A DNA stretch of 64,000 nucleotides from Eledone cirrhosa. Lineage: Eukaryota. The first letter of the stretch is position 1. Each line of letters opens with the position of its first letter. Of the stretch, positions 39,611 through 53,619 are shown piece by piece. The notes under the pieces are model-generated. The model saw only the letters and a list, made by a program, of their open reading frames with translations. It was not told the DNA's origin and did no database searches. The stretch lies in assembly GCA_964016885.1 (NCBI GenBank), contig OZ024750.1:15934001-15998000 (forward strand). Direction: 5' to 3'. The position numbers were made by a program, and so were the translations under genes.

Positions 39611-40153
39611 TATATATATATACACCAGGTCTTAGAGAGTGTGATGAAAATTTTGTATATAGTCAAATAACTACCTTTCTCATTATTTGGAACATAACAT
39701 AACAAAGGTAGGTACAAAAAATTAAAAGGAAAAGTGTTTGTTTTTTATATGAATATAAATGCTACAATAAACAGCTATATATTAGGGAAACAGGGGCAGT
39801 TTCAGGTGGCTTGGTATGAAAATGGTTTAACCCTTTATCATTTAAACCGGCCGTATCCAGCCAGATTCAATATTATGTGATATAAAACCTTTACCATGAA
39901 AATACAATAGTATAAATAGAGTAATGTAAATGTTAAAGGGTTAACTAATGATTCTTTCTTCAATAAGGGTGAAATACCATGAAATTTGATGTAAAAAGAT
40001 CTCCCATGCCCTATACACTGAATAAAAATCTTAAATACTATTATCTTTTTTTCTCAAACATTTTTTTTCCTGAAAAATATGGGTGATTAGCATTCCTTCA
40101 CTTATTAACTATTCTTTCCAACCCATGCTAGCAGGTAATGGCAGCTATAAAAA

Positions 40154-40186
<33 letters not shown>

Positions 40187-40314
40187 GTGGCAGTGGTGAT
40201 GACAATGGTGATGATGGTGGTGGTGATGATGATGGTGGTGATGATGGTGATGGTGATGATGATGGTAATGATGGTGGTGGTGGTGATGACGGGTGGTGAT
40301 GATGACAGCGATGA

Positions 40315-40348
<34 letters not shown>

Positions 40349-41618
40349 GGGGACGGTGATGGTGGTGGTGGTGGTGGGGACGGTGATGATGGTGGTGGTG
40401 GTGGTGGGGACGGTGATGATGGTGGTGGTGGTGGTGGTGGTGGGGACGGTGATGATGGTGATGATGGCGGTGGTAATGGTGATGATGGCTGAATGAATAT
40501 ATGTCACCAAGTTTTGTATTAACTGGTTATTTGTATGTGGAGATAGAGAAGATAGTTATGTAGGAGTGTGGGGAGTGAGAAACAACAACTGTTAATGTCA
40601 AAAGGTAGACTTAGGACAACATTAAACTGAGAGCAGATAAAACAAAGTATCCTTTGTGACTTTGTAGTCTAGTTCAATTACATTAAAGGTACACATGCCT
40701 GTGGAATACTCAGCCAATTACACTAGAATGTACGTACGTACGTATGTATGTATGTATGGACCCGTAACTCTTAATAGAGTGATAGGGGTGCTGTATTGAC
40801 ATACAGTGTTTCTTGGGCATTTTAAGCCTGGCAGAGCTCATCCCTCTCCAGGCCTGAGTATAGCAGATTTCTTCCAGAGAAAGATAGAAAGTGAGAGAGA
40901 GGAAATGAGAAAGAGATATAGAGGAAGAATCGACTCCAGTACTAGAATGGTACTTTTTTTTTTTATCGACCGCAGTGGGATTTGAACTCAGAGAACCATA
41001 AAGTATTCTATCCAATGTTCTAACAACTCTGCCAATTCACTGCCTTAGCCACTTATACTATAATACAAAATGGATTGTAACTATAATTCAAAAGTCCAGT
41101 CTAGTCATACACAGTGCCATGCTGAATTTCCCTGAGAATTGTTAAGAGTACCAATGTCTGTGAAAAACTCAGCCACTGGAGGTCAATTACTTATTACTAC
41201 ACTATTCTATATTTTGAGAGTCAAGGAGTTACTGTTTTTACATCCATCTTCCATAATTGTATTGGTTGAATAAAACCAGAACTTATCTGGGTTTTGTAGG
41301 GTGTTAAGTGAGAGAGCAAGAGTTCAAGACAGGATGTCAGTCCACTGCATTGTTAAAGTTTGTCCCAAGCCAGGAGGCTAACCAAGTCAGAACTTATCCT
41401 GGTTTCATTGGTGTTAACTTATGACTGGACAGAACACCAGTGCATCACAATGCCAAAGTTTGTCTCAAGTCCAGAGGTTCACTGGGTTGGAGCTTATCCT
41501 AGTTTCATTGGTGTTAAGTGATTGAGAGTAAAAGAGTACCCTTTGGACAGGACACCAGTCCACCACAAAGCTAAATTCCCAACTGCCACAGGTATTCATT
41601 TCTTCAGCTGAGTTTTAA

Positions 41619-41838
41619 CCCTTTAGCATTTACATTACTCTATATTTACTATTGTATTTTCGCAGTAAAGGCTTTATTTTACATAATATCTCAGATAATA
41701 TCGAATCTATGAGATTTTGATATTATTTATTTTGAGAACAATACCTGAACATCAGTATGAGCAGCCAGTTACAGCCAGTTTGAACAGAAAGAGGTGAGAA
41801 AATTCTGGCCGGATACAGCCGGTTTAAATGCTAAAGGG
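41619..41838. mobile_element. TTAA-flanked MITE (piggyBac-like), family M1, inserted in an older SINE
   Basis: TTAA|CCCTTTAGCATTTA...TAAATGCTAAAGGG|TTAA terminal inverted repeats. Other copies at ~24546-24760, 26558-26772, 38172-38337, 39826-39944, 49093-49318, 57105-57292. Confidence 0.85.
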
Positions 41839-42415
41839 TTAACTTGAAGCAACATGAAATGAAGTGTCGTGTTCAAGGACACAGTACTCCATTTGGTATG
41901 GGAATCAAACCCACAACCTTATAATCAAAAGCATTTGTCTGACACTGACAATGGTTTCTAATTTAGGCACAAAGCCAGCAATTTGAAAGGAGGGTGTTGT
42001 TGATTTTATTGACTTTAATGCTTTACTGTGTATTTTGATTTTATTGATCCTGGAAGGATGGGAGACAAAGTTGACCTTGGCAGGAATTGAACTAAGAATG
42101 TAAAGAGACGGAACAAATGCCATATAGCATATTGCCTGATGCATTAACGATTCTGCTAATCCACAATAATAATAAAAAAAGCATAAGAGAAGAAATGTCC
42201 TAGTGATGTAGGCAGGTATTTCTAGGTATTTCTTTTTAAAAAACAATGGGAATGATGCCAAAACTTACAATAGGAAACACATTGAATATTTCTGGTTATT
42301 GACTCTTTGTGTTACATGGGAATGGTTTGGGAACATTGGTAGGTACACTGCTTCACAGAACTGAACACAGTTGGCTGCTGGCCATCAGACCGGCTCTTGA
42401 TACTATTACTAATAA

Positions 42416-42840
42416 TAATTGTTTCTACTTTAGGCACAAGGTCAGCAATTACCCAGTGTATTACTGGTACTTTATTTTATTGACCCCCTGTAAGGATGAA
42501 AGGCAAAGTTAACCTCGGCGGGATTTGAACTCAGATCGTAAAGGGACGTAACTATGTTGGAAAGCCTGGCCTCCGACCCTCTACTGACACTGCCAATCCA
42601 CCGCCACCAATAATAATAATAATTATGTTTCTACTTTAGGCACAAGGCCAGCAATTTGAAGGAGAGGGGAAAGACGATTAAATCAACCCCAGTGTATTAC
42701 TGGAGCTTTATTTTATCGACCCCGTAAGGATGAAAGGCAAAGCTAACCTCGGTGGGATTTGAACTCAGAATGTAAAGGGCCATAACTATCCTCAAAGCAT
42801 GGTGTCTGATGCTCTACTGATACTGCCGATCCACTGCCCT
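42416..42840 (-). mobile_element. Head-to-tail pair of family-A SINEs next to a PDE3 donor site
   Basis: Two consecutive copies separated by (AAT)n; a similar tandem pair lies at 10755-11140. Confidence 0.8.
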
Positions 42841-42889
42841 CTGTCAAAATAATAAATGAATGAAAGAACACAAAAATGATTTTACTTAC

Positions 42890-43150
42890 TTTTGGTAAGG
42901 ATGTTGGTCTTTCTCCTGTATATGGTAAGTCATCAGAATCCGATCCATAGCTGGTGGTCTCATTTAGTGAGACTAACGGACTAACTTTGGTCTTGTGTAT
43001 GGAATTGTGGTTCTCAGGGGGTTTCAGCAAGATACTCACTGCCCTTAATCCATTGACAATGTGTGGAGGTAAGTTAGCTTCTGCTAACATATCTGTAATC
43101 AACCCATGTGCTTCACCAATCACAGTCACTTCGTAACTGGCAGTCGAACT
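42890..43150 (-). CDS. PDE3: PDE3 exon (regulatory region: SSTASYEVTVIGEAHGLITDMLA...PTSLPK)
   Basis: ttttcag| acceptor, |gtaagt donor, 261 nt, phase 0-0. GEAHGLITD(M/L)LA is a PDE3A/B regulatory-region motif. Confidence 0.93.
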
Positions 43151-44839
43151 CTGAAAATACACAAACAAAAAACAATTTTACAATTTATTGTTGTTGTTTC
43201 CCAGCTGAGGAGCAAATACATGCTCTGATCACGTTGTTTTGACAATATATGCATGTAAGTGTGCAAGAGTGCAGATAAGTAGGTTTGTTTTAGTTAAACA
43301 TTCAATGGTGAATGACAAGTACTTTTGGCAACAAAACAAAACAAAAAAATAATAATAAACAATGTATAAAAACAACATAAGTTGTGATAAACAGTAAGAT
43401 AAACAGGACTGTCGATACCAGTGCTTACCAAATGTATTTTGTTACAGAACCCATAGAAGTATGTATGGGTTCTGAGCATTTTGGAAAATCAAATATTTTC
43501 TAGGCCATCCCCATCACCTATGTGGAAGCGCTTGGCCTAATAGTAAGTGTGTTGGACTTACTTATGATCCTGTGTTGTGTTCTTGAGCAAAACATTTCAT
43601 TTCGTGTTGCTCCAGTATACTCAACCGAAAATGAGTACCAGTAATAGTTGAGGGTTTTAACCCTATGATGGACTGGCATCATGTCTAGTGGGGAGTCTTG
43701 TACTCTCAGTCGCTTCATGCCAGGATAAGTAACCGGCCTGATGAGCCCCTGAGCTCAAGACAAACTTTAGACTTTTAGACATCACCCTAATTTATAGATA
43801 ACATTAAACAACAACACAAACGTTTTAAGGCCATTTCCTCTGCAGCTAAGCCAGGGGTTAGCCTAGTAGGTTTCATTTCGGGATCCATTTTGAAGTAATG
43901 TTTTACAACCAGATATCCTTTTGGGTGCTTACCCCGTTAGTCACTTCTCATGACATTTAGGGATACAGTGTGTCTATTCTAATGTGGATACACACAGAAT
44001 AGTCAGGATGAAGATGTTAAATAAAAGAGAGTTTGGGAAACATTTTGGGAGATAATCACTAACAACTATCCCCCCACCACCACCATTATCAACAACAACT
44101 ATCACCCCCCACCACCATCACTATCAACAACAACTAGCCCCACCACCACCACCACCATTATCAACAACTAGCCCCACCACCACCATTATCAACAACTATC
44201 ACCACCATCATGATCAACAACTATCACCACCACCACCATTATCAACAACTATCCCCACCACCACCATCACTATCAACTACCCCCCCCCCCCACCATCACT
44301 AACAACTAGCCCCACCACCACCACCACCATCAACAACAGCTATCCCTTTACCACCTCATGAAATACAATGTACAAGATGGAAAGATGCCAAACGCCAGAT
44401 CTGTCAAACCTCCATGTCTGTATGGCAAAAGATGAAAAATTGATGTTTACACATACATGAGCAAATATACATATATACAGACAGACACATATATACATAC
44501 ACATATACACATCATCATCATCATCATCATCACTGTTTTAGCATGGAATAAAGGACATAAAACGGTGATGATGATGATGATGATGGTCATGATGATACAC
44601 ACTAACACACACACACTAACACATATACATGCAAACAGAAACACAAACACATCACACATAAATACACACAAGCACACATATACATACAGACAGATTACAC
44701 AGTTACATACACATCACACAAACACAGATACACACATACATACATACAAGCACACATGCACACACACACATACATACATACAGACACGTATAGATTACAG
44801 TTACATACACATAAACACAGATACACATACATACATACA

Positions 44840-44877
<38 letters not shown>

Positions 44878-45199
44878 TACAGACACATAGATTACACAGA
44901 TACATACACATCACACAGAGATTACACAAACACACACACATCAAACAGATACACACACATACACCGTCAAACACTTGTTATTCCATTTTATTCCATTTTG
45001 TATCCGATGCAAAGAAATGGATGTGAAAAATGGAGAGGCAGTGTGGAGTGTAGAAGATTTTCTGTAGCCCTACATTGAAGGCAGTGAACACCAAGGTCAC
45101 AGCCTTGACCCTCACCTTGTGTACTTCATGACAAGGACACGATGGTGGGGGATTACCTGTACTTATTGACTCTCAACAAATGATTACATATATATATAT

Positions 45200-45544
45200 A
45201 TATATGTAGAAGTTCTATTTAAATTGTTGGGATACAACAAGCAAATATTTTTATAACTGATATAAAGCACTCAACAAATTATTGGAGTAAAAATACGATA
45301 TATTAACAAATGGAAACTATATTTATAAAACCATATTTATGTGACCATTTCTGTTGGAAGCTCCCGGGAGCTTCCAACAGAAATGGTTGCATTCTTTAAG
45401 GGTTTGTCAATATTTATTTATGAAACTGCTCTATATTATATTTTATCTGATGAAAGCACACCATAATTTAACTTGGTGTCCTTGAAATATGTATAATGAA
45501 ATAAATATGGTTTTATAAATATAGTTTCCATTTGTTAATATATC

Positions 45545-45545
<1 letters not shown>
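45200..45545 (+). mobile_element. (TA)n-embedded fold-back element with hammerhead-like core
   Basis: Outer inverted repeat ~45300-45340 / 45500-45541, inner perfect palindrome ~45344-45387, CTGATGA(45447)-stem-GAAA(45484)TATGTA. Confidence 0.65.
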
Positions 45546-45597
<52 letters not shown>

Positions 45598-46850
45598 GGC
45601 ATGCTGCGTGGTTGCAAATGGGTTACATATGAATTATATATATATATTTATATATATAGTTGAAATGAACGAACGAAACAAAATATTTAAATATCTCAAA
45701 GACAATAAGGCATCCTCTATATGTTCTTTTGATTTGCTAGAAATAGCAGTCAAATCTCGCACCCTACCGCTTAAAAAAAGGAAAGGTCAGAAAGGTGACA
45801 TTGGGCAATGAAGTTCCAGATGTAAAAACAGGTGATGGCTAGAATATCCATGATGATAGGACTGCTTAACCGAGGCTGACCTGGGGCTAGACAACAACTT
45901 AATATTTCTGCCTGAATATTTAACTCTTGTTACCTCATTTCTTATATATAATTGTTTCTATTATTGGAACAAGGCCAGCAATTACCCCCCCCCCCCCCCC
46001 CCACAGTGCATTACTGGTGCTTTATTTTATCGACCCTGTGAGGATGAAAGGCAAAGTTAACATCGGCAGGATTTGAAGTCAGACCGTAAAGAGCCATAAC
46101 TCTAACTCTAAGATGCAAAGCATTGCGTCCGACCCTTTACCGATACTGCCAATTCACCAATGAAGAATTTAAAAGGGATTAGTAATGTAATAACTTTAGT
46201 AACATAACTTTCTCATAATAAAGTTGGTGTTTGGAAGATAACAAAAAAAAAAGAAAATATCATGGAAGGTTTTTACATTTTACCCCTGTCCTTACCAAAT
46301 TTCTGATGAAAGACAATTCCTATGATTTTCAAAGTATTTGGAAAATACTGAAGAATTTGAAAGGATTTAGTAATATAGCCTAACCTTGACATTGTTATAT
46401 AATCTACAATAATTTTGAAAAATAATCAAGAATTTGCAGGAATTTAGATAAATATAAACAGTTTGAAAGAAAATTTTATATTGTAGAATCAGTGGCAGTT
46501 TCAAACAGTTTGGTATTAAATGGCTTCTACAGGACTAGAACTGTTTTATTGAATGGAACTGTTTTATTGAATGAAACAGTTCTAATCTTGTAGAAGTCAT
46601 TTCTATATAAAATAGATATGCTTCTTCTCTACTAATCTAATGAGTACCTTATTTAACTATGTTTTTTTTCCTGGCCCCACTTTGGGAAATTCACCCTTTA
46701 TGTGTATGTGTCTGTGTGTATGCGTCTGTGTGTGCGTATGTGTGTGTGTGTGTGTGTTTAGTTTTAACATTAAAATTTCAGAAACACAAACAAATATTTC
46801 AATATATTTTGAGAAAGACAACAATATTTGAAGGACACTAAATGACTAAC

Positions 46851-46868
46851 CTGAATGCAGTTTCCCAT
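46851..46868 (-). CDS. PDE3: Candidate alternative first coding exon of PDE3 encoding MGNCIQ
   Basis: Minus strand reads cctacaATGGGAAACTGCATTCAG|gttagt: good start context (A-3, G+4), a phase-0 donor compatible with the 43150 acceptor, and an in-frame upstream TGA. Lies in non-repetitive DNA. No transcript evidence. Confidence 0.45.
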
Positions 46869-48117
46869 TGTAGGAGAGAGACTGAGAATTGTTGGCTTTC
46901 TGATAGTGTAATTATTATTCCTCAATCAGAGCAATATAGTTTTAATATAGTGAATAACAACAGGTGTATTAATGTAGTTAGTAGATACAGCTGAAGTGAC
47001 GGCCAAAGAGATGGTGGTAGCATGTATGGTATCAATGACACAGTTATTGAGAAATGACTATAAAATAAAAGCTGGACTGTCTTTTGTTTGATTTCACATC
47101 TAAAGTAAATAGATCAAATTCCATGCCCTCCACTAACATATAGTGAGCAACAGAGAAAGTAGATCTCTTCTTAAGTCTTTTACAATTCATTTCATTCATC
47201 AAGCGGCTAACAGCGAGACTATTTAATTGGCTAAAGAAACAAACCACAAACTTTTGCTAAATGAGCTTTAGAAAGACATTATTATAATATAATACACCTG
47301 CAGTGCCATGTTTAAGCTTTAATTATAGGTGACTCCTCTTAATGATAATATTAGTGACTCCTCTTAATGATAATATTAATGTTGAAGTAGTATTGCAATA
47401 GAAATAATTTATGTATTAATAGTGAAAACAGATCATTAACTCTTTCGTTACCATATTTCAAATGAAAGACATTGTTTTTGATTTTTAGATAATTTTGAAC
47501 TTAATGAAGAATTTACAGGAATTTACTAAAATAATTTTCTTTTTATCCACCAGGTCCCCACATAAAATTATGATGGAAGGTTTTTAAACAAATATAAACA
47601 CTTTAACCTTTTGTTACCAGATTTCTAACCCCCCCCCCCCCCCAAAAAAAAACACTGCTTATTATTTTTTAACAATTATTTCCCTAATCTTTCTTTCCTT
47701 TTGTTTCCCTTTTTTTAATTATTATTGCCATCATTAGGGCGGTGGATTAGCAGTATCAGCTGAGAGTCAGGCGCCATGCTTTTCAGTATAGAGTTACGAC
47801 CCTTTATGTTCTGAGTTCAAATTCCGCCGAGGTTAGCTTTGCCTTTCATCCTTACGGTGTCAATAAATAAAGCACCAGTAATGCACAGGGGTCGATTTAA
47901 TTGACTTTCCCTTCTCCCAAAATTGCTGGCCTTTTTTTTGCGGGAGACACTCTATATTTATCATCCTCCTCCTCATATATTTGGTCTTGTATTGTCTTCC
48001 AGGTGTTATTCCTCAACAGCCATCCAGTAGGGACTTACTATTGATATGTACCTTTGTGTTGTCTTACCTTAAAAACTGTAGGCATGGCTATCAGGTTCTA
48101 ATACTGCTTCCTCTACA

Positions 48118-48642
48118 TATTGAAACCATATAAACCTATACTGAATCCATATAAACTATACTGAACCCATATAAACCAATACTGCATCCATATAAACCTA
48201 TATTGACACCATATAAACCTATATTGACACCATATAAACCTATATTGACACCATATAAACCTATATCGAAACCATATAAACCTATATCGAAACGATATAA
48301 AACAATACTGAATCCATATAAAACAATACTGAATCCATATAAAACAATACTGAAACCATATAAAACAATACTGAAACCATATAAACCTATACTGAATCCA
48401 TATGAAACAATACTGAATCCATATGAAACAATACTGAATCCATATAAAACAATACTGAATCCATATAAAACAATACTGAATCCATATAAAACAATACTGA
48501 AACCATATAAACCTATACTGAATCCATATGAAACAATACTGAATCCATATGAAACAATACTGAATCCATATAAAACAATACTGAATCCATATAAAACAAT
48601 ACTGAATCCATATAAAACAATACTGAAACCATATAAACCTAT
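48118..48642. repeat. 21-bp minisatellite (ccatataaaacaatactgaat), ~25 units
   Basis: Direct reading; creates spurious 7-aa repeat ORFs on both strands. Confidence 0.95.
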
Positions 48643-50591
48643 AGTGGGCAGCTGAAGGAGTGGTATTTATGTCTGTATTGTTTCTATCCATTGTCAGTGT
48701 TGTACATTTTCCTTAATTTGTTTGTGCTTAGCCTACTACTACTACTATTACTACTACTACTACTACCACTACTACTACTACTACCACCACCACCAAAAGT
48801 ACAACTACTACATGTGTGTGCATGCATGCATGCCAATCAGTAAAAAGGTAATTTCAAATGAGAAGTGATGTTTTTCCAAACATTAGTTCAGCCAAGCACA
48901 TCAGGTAAACAACATTACTGAAATACAATATCGATGTGTTGCATGACATTATTGGAATACAATATCGATGTGGTTCATGGCAGACCTTATTGGCATAAGT
49001 GTTGTATGACCAAAAATACTTTACACAAATGTACTGGAGACCTGATAAATGAAAAACTGAATTTCTGGTTGAAATATGAAGCTGGATGATTGTTTACCCT
49101 TTACTCTACATTACTCTATATTTCCTATTATATTCACTATTATATTTTCATGGTAAAGGCTTTACCTCACATAATATCAAATCTATGAGATCTTGCTATT
49201 ATTTATTTTGAGAACAATGCCTTAACATAACTATGAGCAGCCAGTTACGGCTGGTTTGAACAGAAAGAGGTGAGAGAATTCGGGCCAGATATGGCCAGTT
49301 TAAATACTAAAGGGTTAAACATCAACTCACTAAACACTACTTCTGTTAAAGAGTTCATATTTAAATTCAAACTTTGAACTGAAATCTCATTATTACCTGA
49401 CATTGAGTTCAAATCCCACCGAGGTTAACTTTGCCTTTCATCCTTACGGGGTCGATAAAATAAAGTACCAGTAATGCACTGGGTAATTGCTGGCCTTGTG
49501 CCAAAAGTAGAAACAATTATTACCCGACATAATATTAGATTTCACTAAACCTCTCAACCTCTCATAGTTATTGATTTTTTTGCTAATTAGAACACAAAAA
49601 CAGTATATATTCTTGTTAGAAATATGGGCACAAAAGGGGTTATATGATCGTCACTGTTTAACGTTCATGTTCCATGCTAGCATGAATTAGACAGGTTGTC
49701 CCATTTAAAGCAAATTGGGTCAGGTTACCATGTCTTGCTCATATAGAACAGTTTCTGGCTAGATTTCTACAGCTGGATACCCTTCCTAATGCCAACCACA
49801 TTTACAGTGTATGCTGGGTGCTTTTTGTTATGATTCCTACATATATATCAATATATATTTTTTGTAAAATTATGTTCCAAACACCATCTTTAAATACCAA
49901 TACAACCAAAACCACTTCACATAAGGTGTTCTAATCTAAATTCAAACCCTGAACTAAAATCTCATTATTCCATGACAGATAACATTAAATATTTGTTTTT
50001 AATAAGTTAAAATTATTTCATGAAACCTCTCATAATTATTAATTATTTTGCTAATTAAAACACAAAGGCAGTATATTCTTGGTAGAAATAGTAACAATAA
50101 AAGGGTTAAATATTTATAGAGATGACAAAATTATAAACAGATTGTTTTGAAATATAATATGGAATAACTAGTTTGATTGTTTTCTCTTTCACAAAATACC
50201 ACCCACCACATCTACTATTACAAATATCACTATTACAATCACAACACAAACCAACCATCAACCACCATTACAAACAGAATAACCACCTCCCCTACCATTA
50301 CCATCACTATCACCACCAATACAATGGCTGTCACCGCCGCTACCATCATTACAAAGACAATATCAACCACCACCACCACCACTACAACCCACAACTAATA
50401 CAACAAATATCATCATCATTACTATCACCACCACCACCACCTTCAGAAATACATACAAAGTTAAATTCTTTTTGTATCTTCAGTGAGAAATACAGATGTA
50501 GGTGTATTGGTAGGTGTGTGGGTGAAGATATAGGTGTATTGGTAGGTGTGTGGGTGAAGATGTAGGTAGGTGTGTATGTATAAGTAGGCAA

Positions 50592-50669
<78 letters not shown>

Positions 50670-50900
50670 TTATATATGTGGGTGAAGGTATAAGTATGTA
50701 TGTATGTATGTGTGTAAGAGGAGGTGAAGGTATGTGTATGGAGGTGTGTACAATAGTGGTGTTGGTGATGGTGTATGAGAATCTCAATGGAGTTCATTGT
50801 TAACAAGGCATCAGTGATGTCCTTTATCATATCACTAGTTAGAGAGTTTATATATATATATATAAGGAACTTGTTCTTTGTTTTTATTTCATTGTTATTA

Positions 50901-50953
<53 letters not shown>

Positions 50954-51711
50954 TATATATATGTTAAGTATTTCCAAAGAAAAAGCAAAGAAAAAATGAG
51001 TGCTCTATGTATAATACAGAGCTATTTAATTAGAAAGAAAACAACACAATATAACTATTCCATTACCCAAAGGTTTCAGGACCCTAGACAGTATTAACAT
51101 ACGTCTAGTTCACTCATCAGAATGTGAACTAGATGTATGTTAATATTGTTTGGTAATGGAGTAGTTATATTGTGTGTTGTTTACTTTCTAATTGAATATA
51201 TATATTTCTCTCCTTTGGTTAAGCCCTTGCGCACTTTATATTTGTGTAATTTGCCTAAAAGCATGACTTGTCTATCTGTTTTGTTGTGTTCCAATGTGCA
51301 CTGGAATGGATGGTATCAACCTTAATAAACCAAAATCATAGTGATTTCCAGAGGTTGACTAAAGAGATGGGACTGTTCGTCTTTCCATTGTTTTATTTCC
51401 CATTGTCTTTGTCCTATGTGCTCCCTATTTTGAATTCATATATATATAAATAAGTCTAAAGTTTTCCTAAGCTCAGAGGCTTATCCTGGTTTACTTGGTG
51501 TTAAGTGATAGAGAGTACAAGACTACTTACAGGACAAGATGCCAGTCCATTGCAAGGTTAAACCCTCAGCTTCTGCTGGTACTCATTTTCAACTGAGTAT
51601 ACTAGAGCAACATAAAATGAAGTTTTGCCCAAGAACACAATACACACCCCAGTTCAAGAATTGAATTCACATCATTATGATAATATATCCAACACCCTAA
51701 CCATGAGGCCA

Positions 51712-51957
51712 CTACTATATTTTAATACCATACCCACCACTATATTTTAATACTATTTCCATCACTCTATTTCAAAATCATACCCACCACTGTATTTTAA
51801 AATCATACCCACCACTGTATTTTAAAATCATACCCACCACTGTATTTTAAAATCATACCCACCACTGTATTTTAAAATCATACCTACCACTGTATTTTAA
51901 AATCATACCCACCACTGTATTTTAAAACCATACCCACCACTGTATTTTAAAATCATA
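51712..51957. repeat. 25-bp minisatellite (tacccaccactgtattttaaaatca)
   Basis: About 9-10 tandem units starting at a SINE head. Confidence 0.9.
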
Positions 51958-53619
51958 CGATGTCATGGGCCTTAATCTCTGAAATAGTTGTAGGAGCACA
52001 CCATAGTGTCATACAGTGTGTTTTGGGCAGATAAACCTAATGGGATCACATTGCTCTCTAGGTCAGAACATAGCTTATTACTCCCAGAGAAAGAGATCTA
52101 GGAGAAGAATCGACTCCAGTACTGGACATTTACTTTATTTATCGACGTTGAATGACTGAAAGGCTGAGCTGATTAGAACTCAGAGTGCAAACAGCCGGAA
52201 CGAATACAGCAAAGCATTCTAATGACCAGGACAAACCCACCACTATTCTTTTATGGAAATAAAACATCAGACTGATAGTAAAATTTGTTGGAACAGTGCT
52301 AGCATTTCTTGTTAAAGATATGAATGGTTTCTTAAGACAGACTCTCATTGTTATCCAAAGATAGCAGTGTTTAGAAGAATCGGTTAAGATATTACAAGCA
52401 ATAAAACATTTCTAACAAATAAATTACGTATATTATGAAAGAATAAAAGCAACCAATAGATTGGGAAGACAACAGGCAAGTACTTGTACATAATTAGTCA
52501 TGTTTGCACTTAAAACTAGGATGGTTGAAACGATATTAGTAGATTGAGAATAATTAGTCAGTTTGACATAGTAAATATTGTGTTATGTTAGGGCAATATA
52601 ACAAATGACTACTTAGGAAGACATGGCCAGTTAATAAAGCTGTTTTAAACTATGGAGGTAGCTTACTTCTTGGAATAGGAACTAATTACTACGTCACTAT
52701 TTGAAATTTATAAGTGTTCAAATAACAAATGTAAATGTAATAATGGGTTAAGTAACTTATGATTATTTGTGTGCGTGTGTATCATCATCATTTAATATTC
52801 ATAGGTTAGAATGGGTCATCAAAGACCAAGACAAGCTACTGCCCTTTTAGACAGGCTGAAAGGTGTGGATGGGAGTGGGGCATGCTTATATACGTTTAAC
52901 TTTTGGCATGGATTCTATAACTGGATACCCTTCCTAACGTCAATACCTTTACACACCACACACATATGTATATATGAAGGGCATCCAACAGTAGAAACCA
53001 AGTCAAAATCAGTTCTGTATGAGCAAGACATGGTCACCTGACCTAGCATTGCCCACAACAATACAACTCGTCCAAACAATGCTAACATGGAAAAATGGGC
53101 GTGAAATGGTAATGATGAAACACACACACACAACATCACTTTACACCACAGACCATGTCAGGACTTAATATAAAAGCTACTGCCCATCTAGTTAGGTCAA
53201 GGGAGCCACATCTCACTCAGACAGACAGAGACACACACACACACTTAGCAGGCTTCTGCATTTTCCATCTATCAGAATTTCATTGTGGAAGTATTTGTCA
53301 GCCTGTGATTATAGTAGAAAACAGTTGTCAAAATTTCTGCACAGTGGGAACCAAATCTGAAACTATGTGGCTGCAAAACCAACTTCTTAACCACACAGCT
53401 ATGTTAGCACTGCAACCAAACAACCTTCAAAAGCCTTTGAATCAATTTTTATTGATGAAACTATGAGAGGTCAATATTTAGAATAGTTTTATGTGAGGGG
53501 GATGAAGAAGAGAAGTATTGACTACCAATAAATGGTTGGTTTGGATTCAGTGATGCATGCAACAAAAAATAGATTAGGTTTCTAAATGAAGCATATCAGT
53601 ATGTTTCTTCAATGAACAT

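Noticed and set aside
40145-40510. Poly-His/Met/Gly/Asp ORFs (also 3587-3850, 34445-34813, 44457-45026, 58804-59761)
   Set aside because: Translations of microsatellites.
43737-43770. CTGATGAG as a hammerhead core
   Set aside because: No downstream GAAA or stem; part of a SINE tail.
46851-46899. Alternative reading KANNSQSLSYNGKLHS as an internal PDE3 exon
   Set aside because: It would end in phase 1, incompatible with the phase-0 acceptor at 43150 unless an unseen exon intervenes.
48113-48691. 192-aa and 150-aa repeat ORFs (CFIWIQY / KTILNPY)
   Set aside because: Artefacts of a stop-free 21-bp minisatellite; no splice or domain support.
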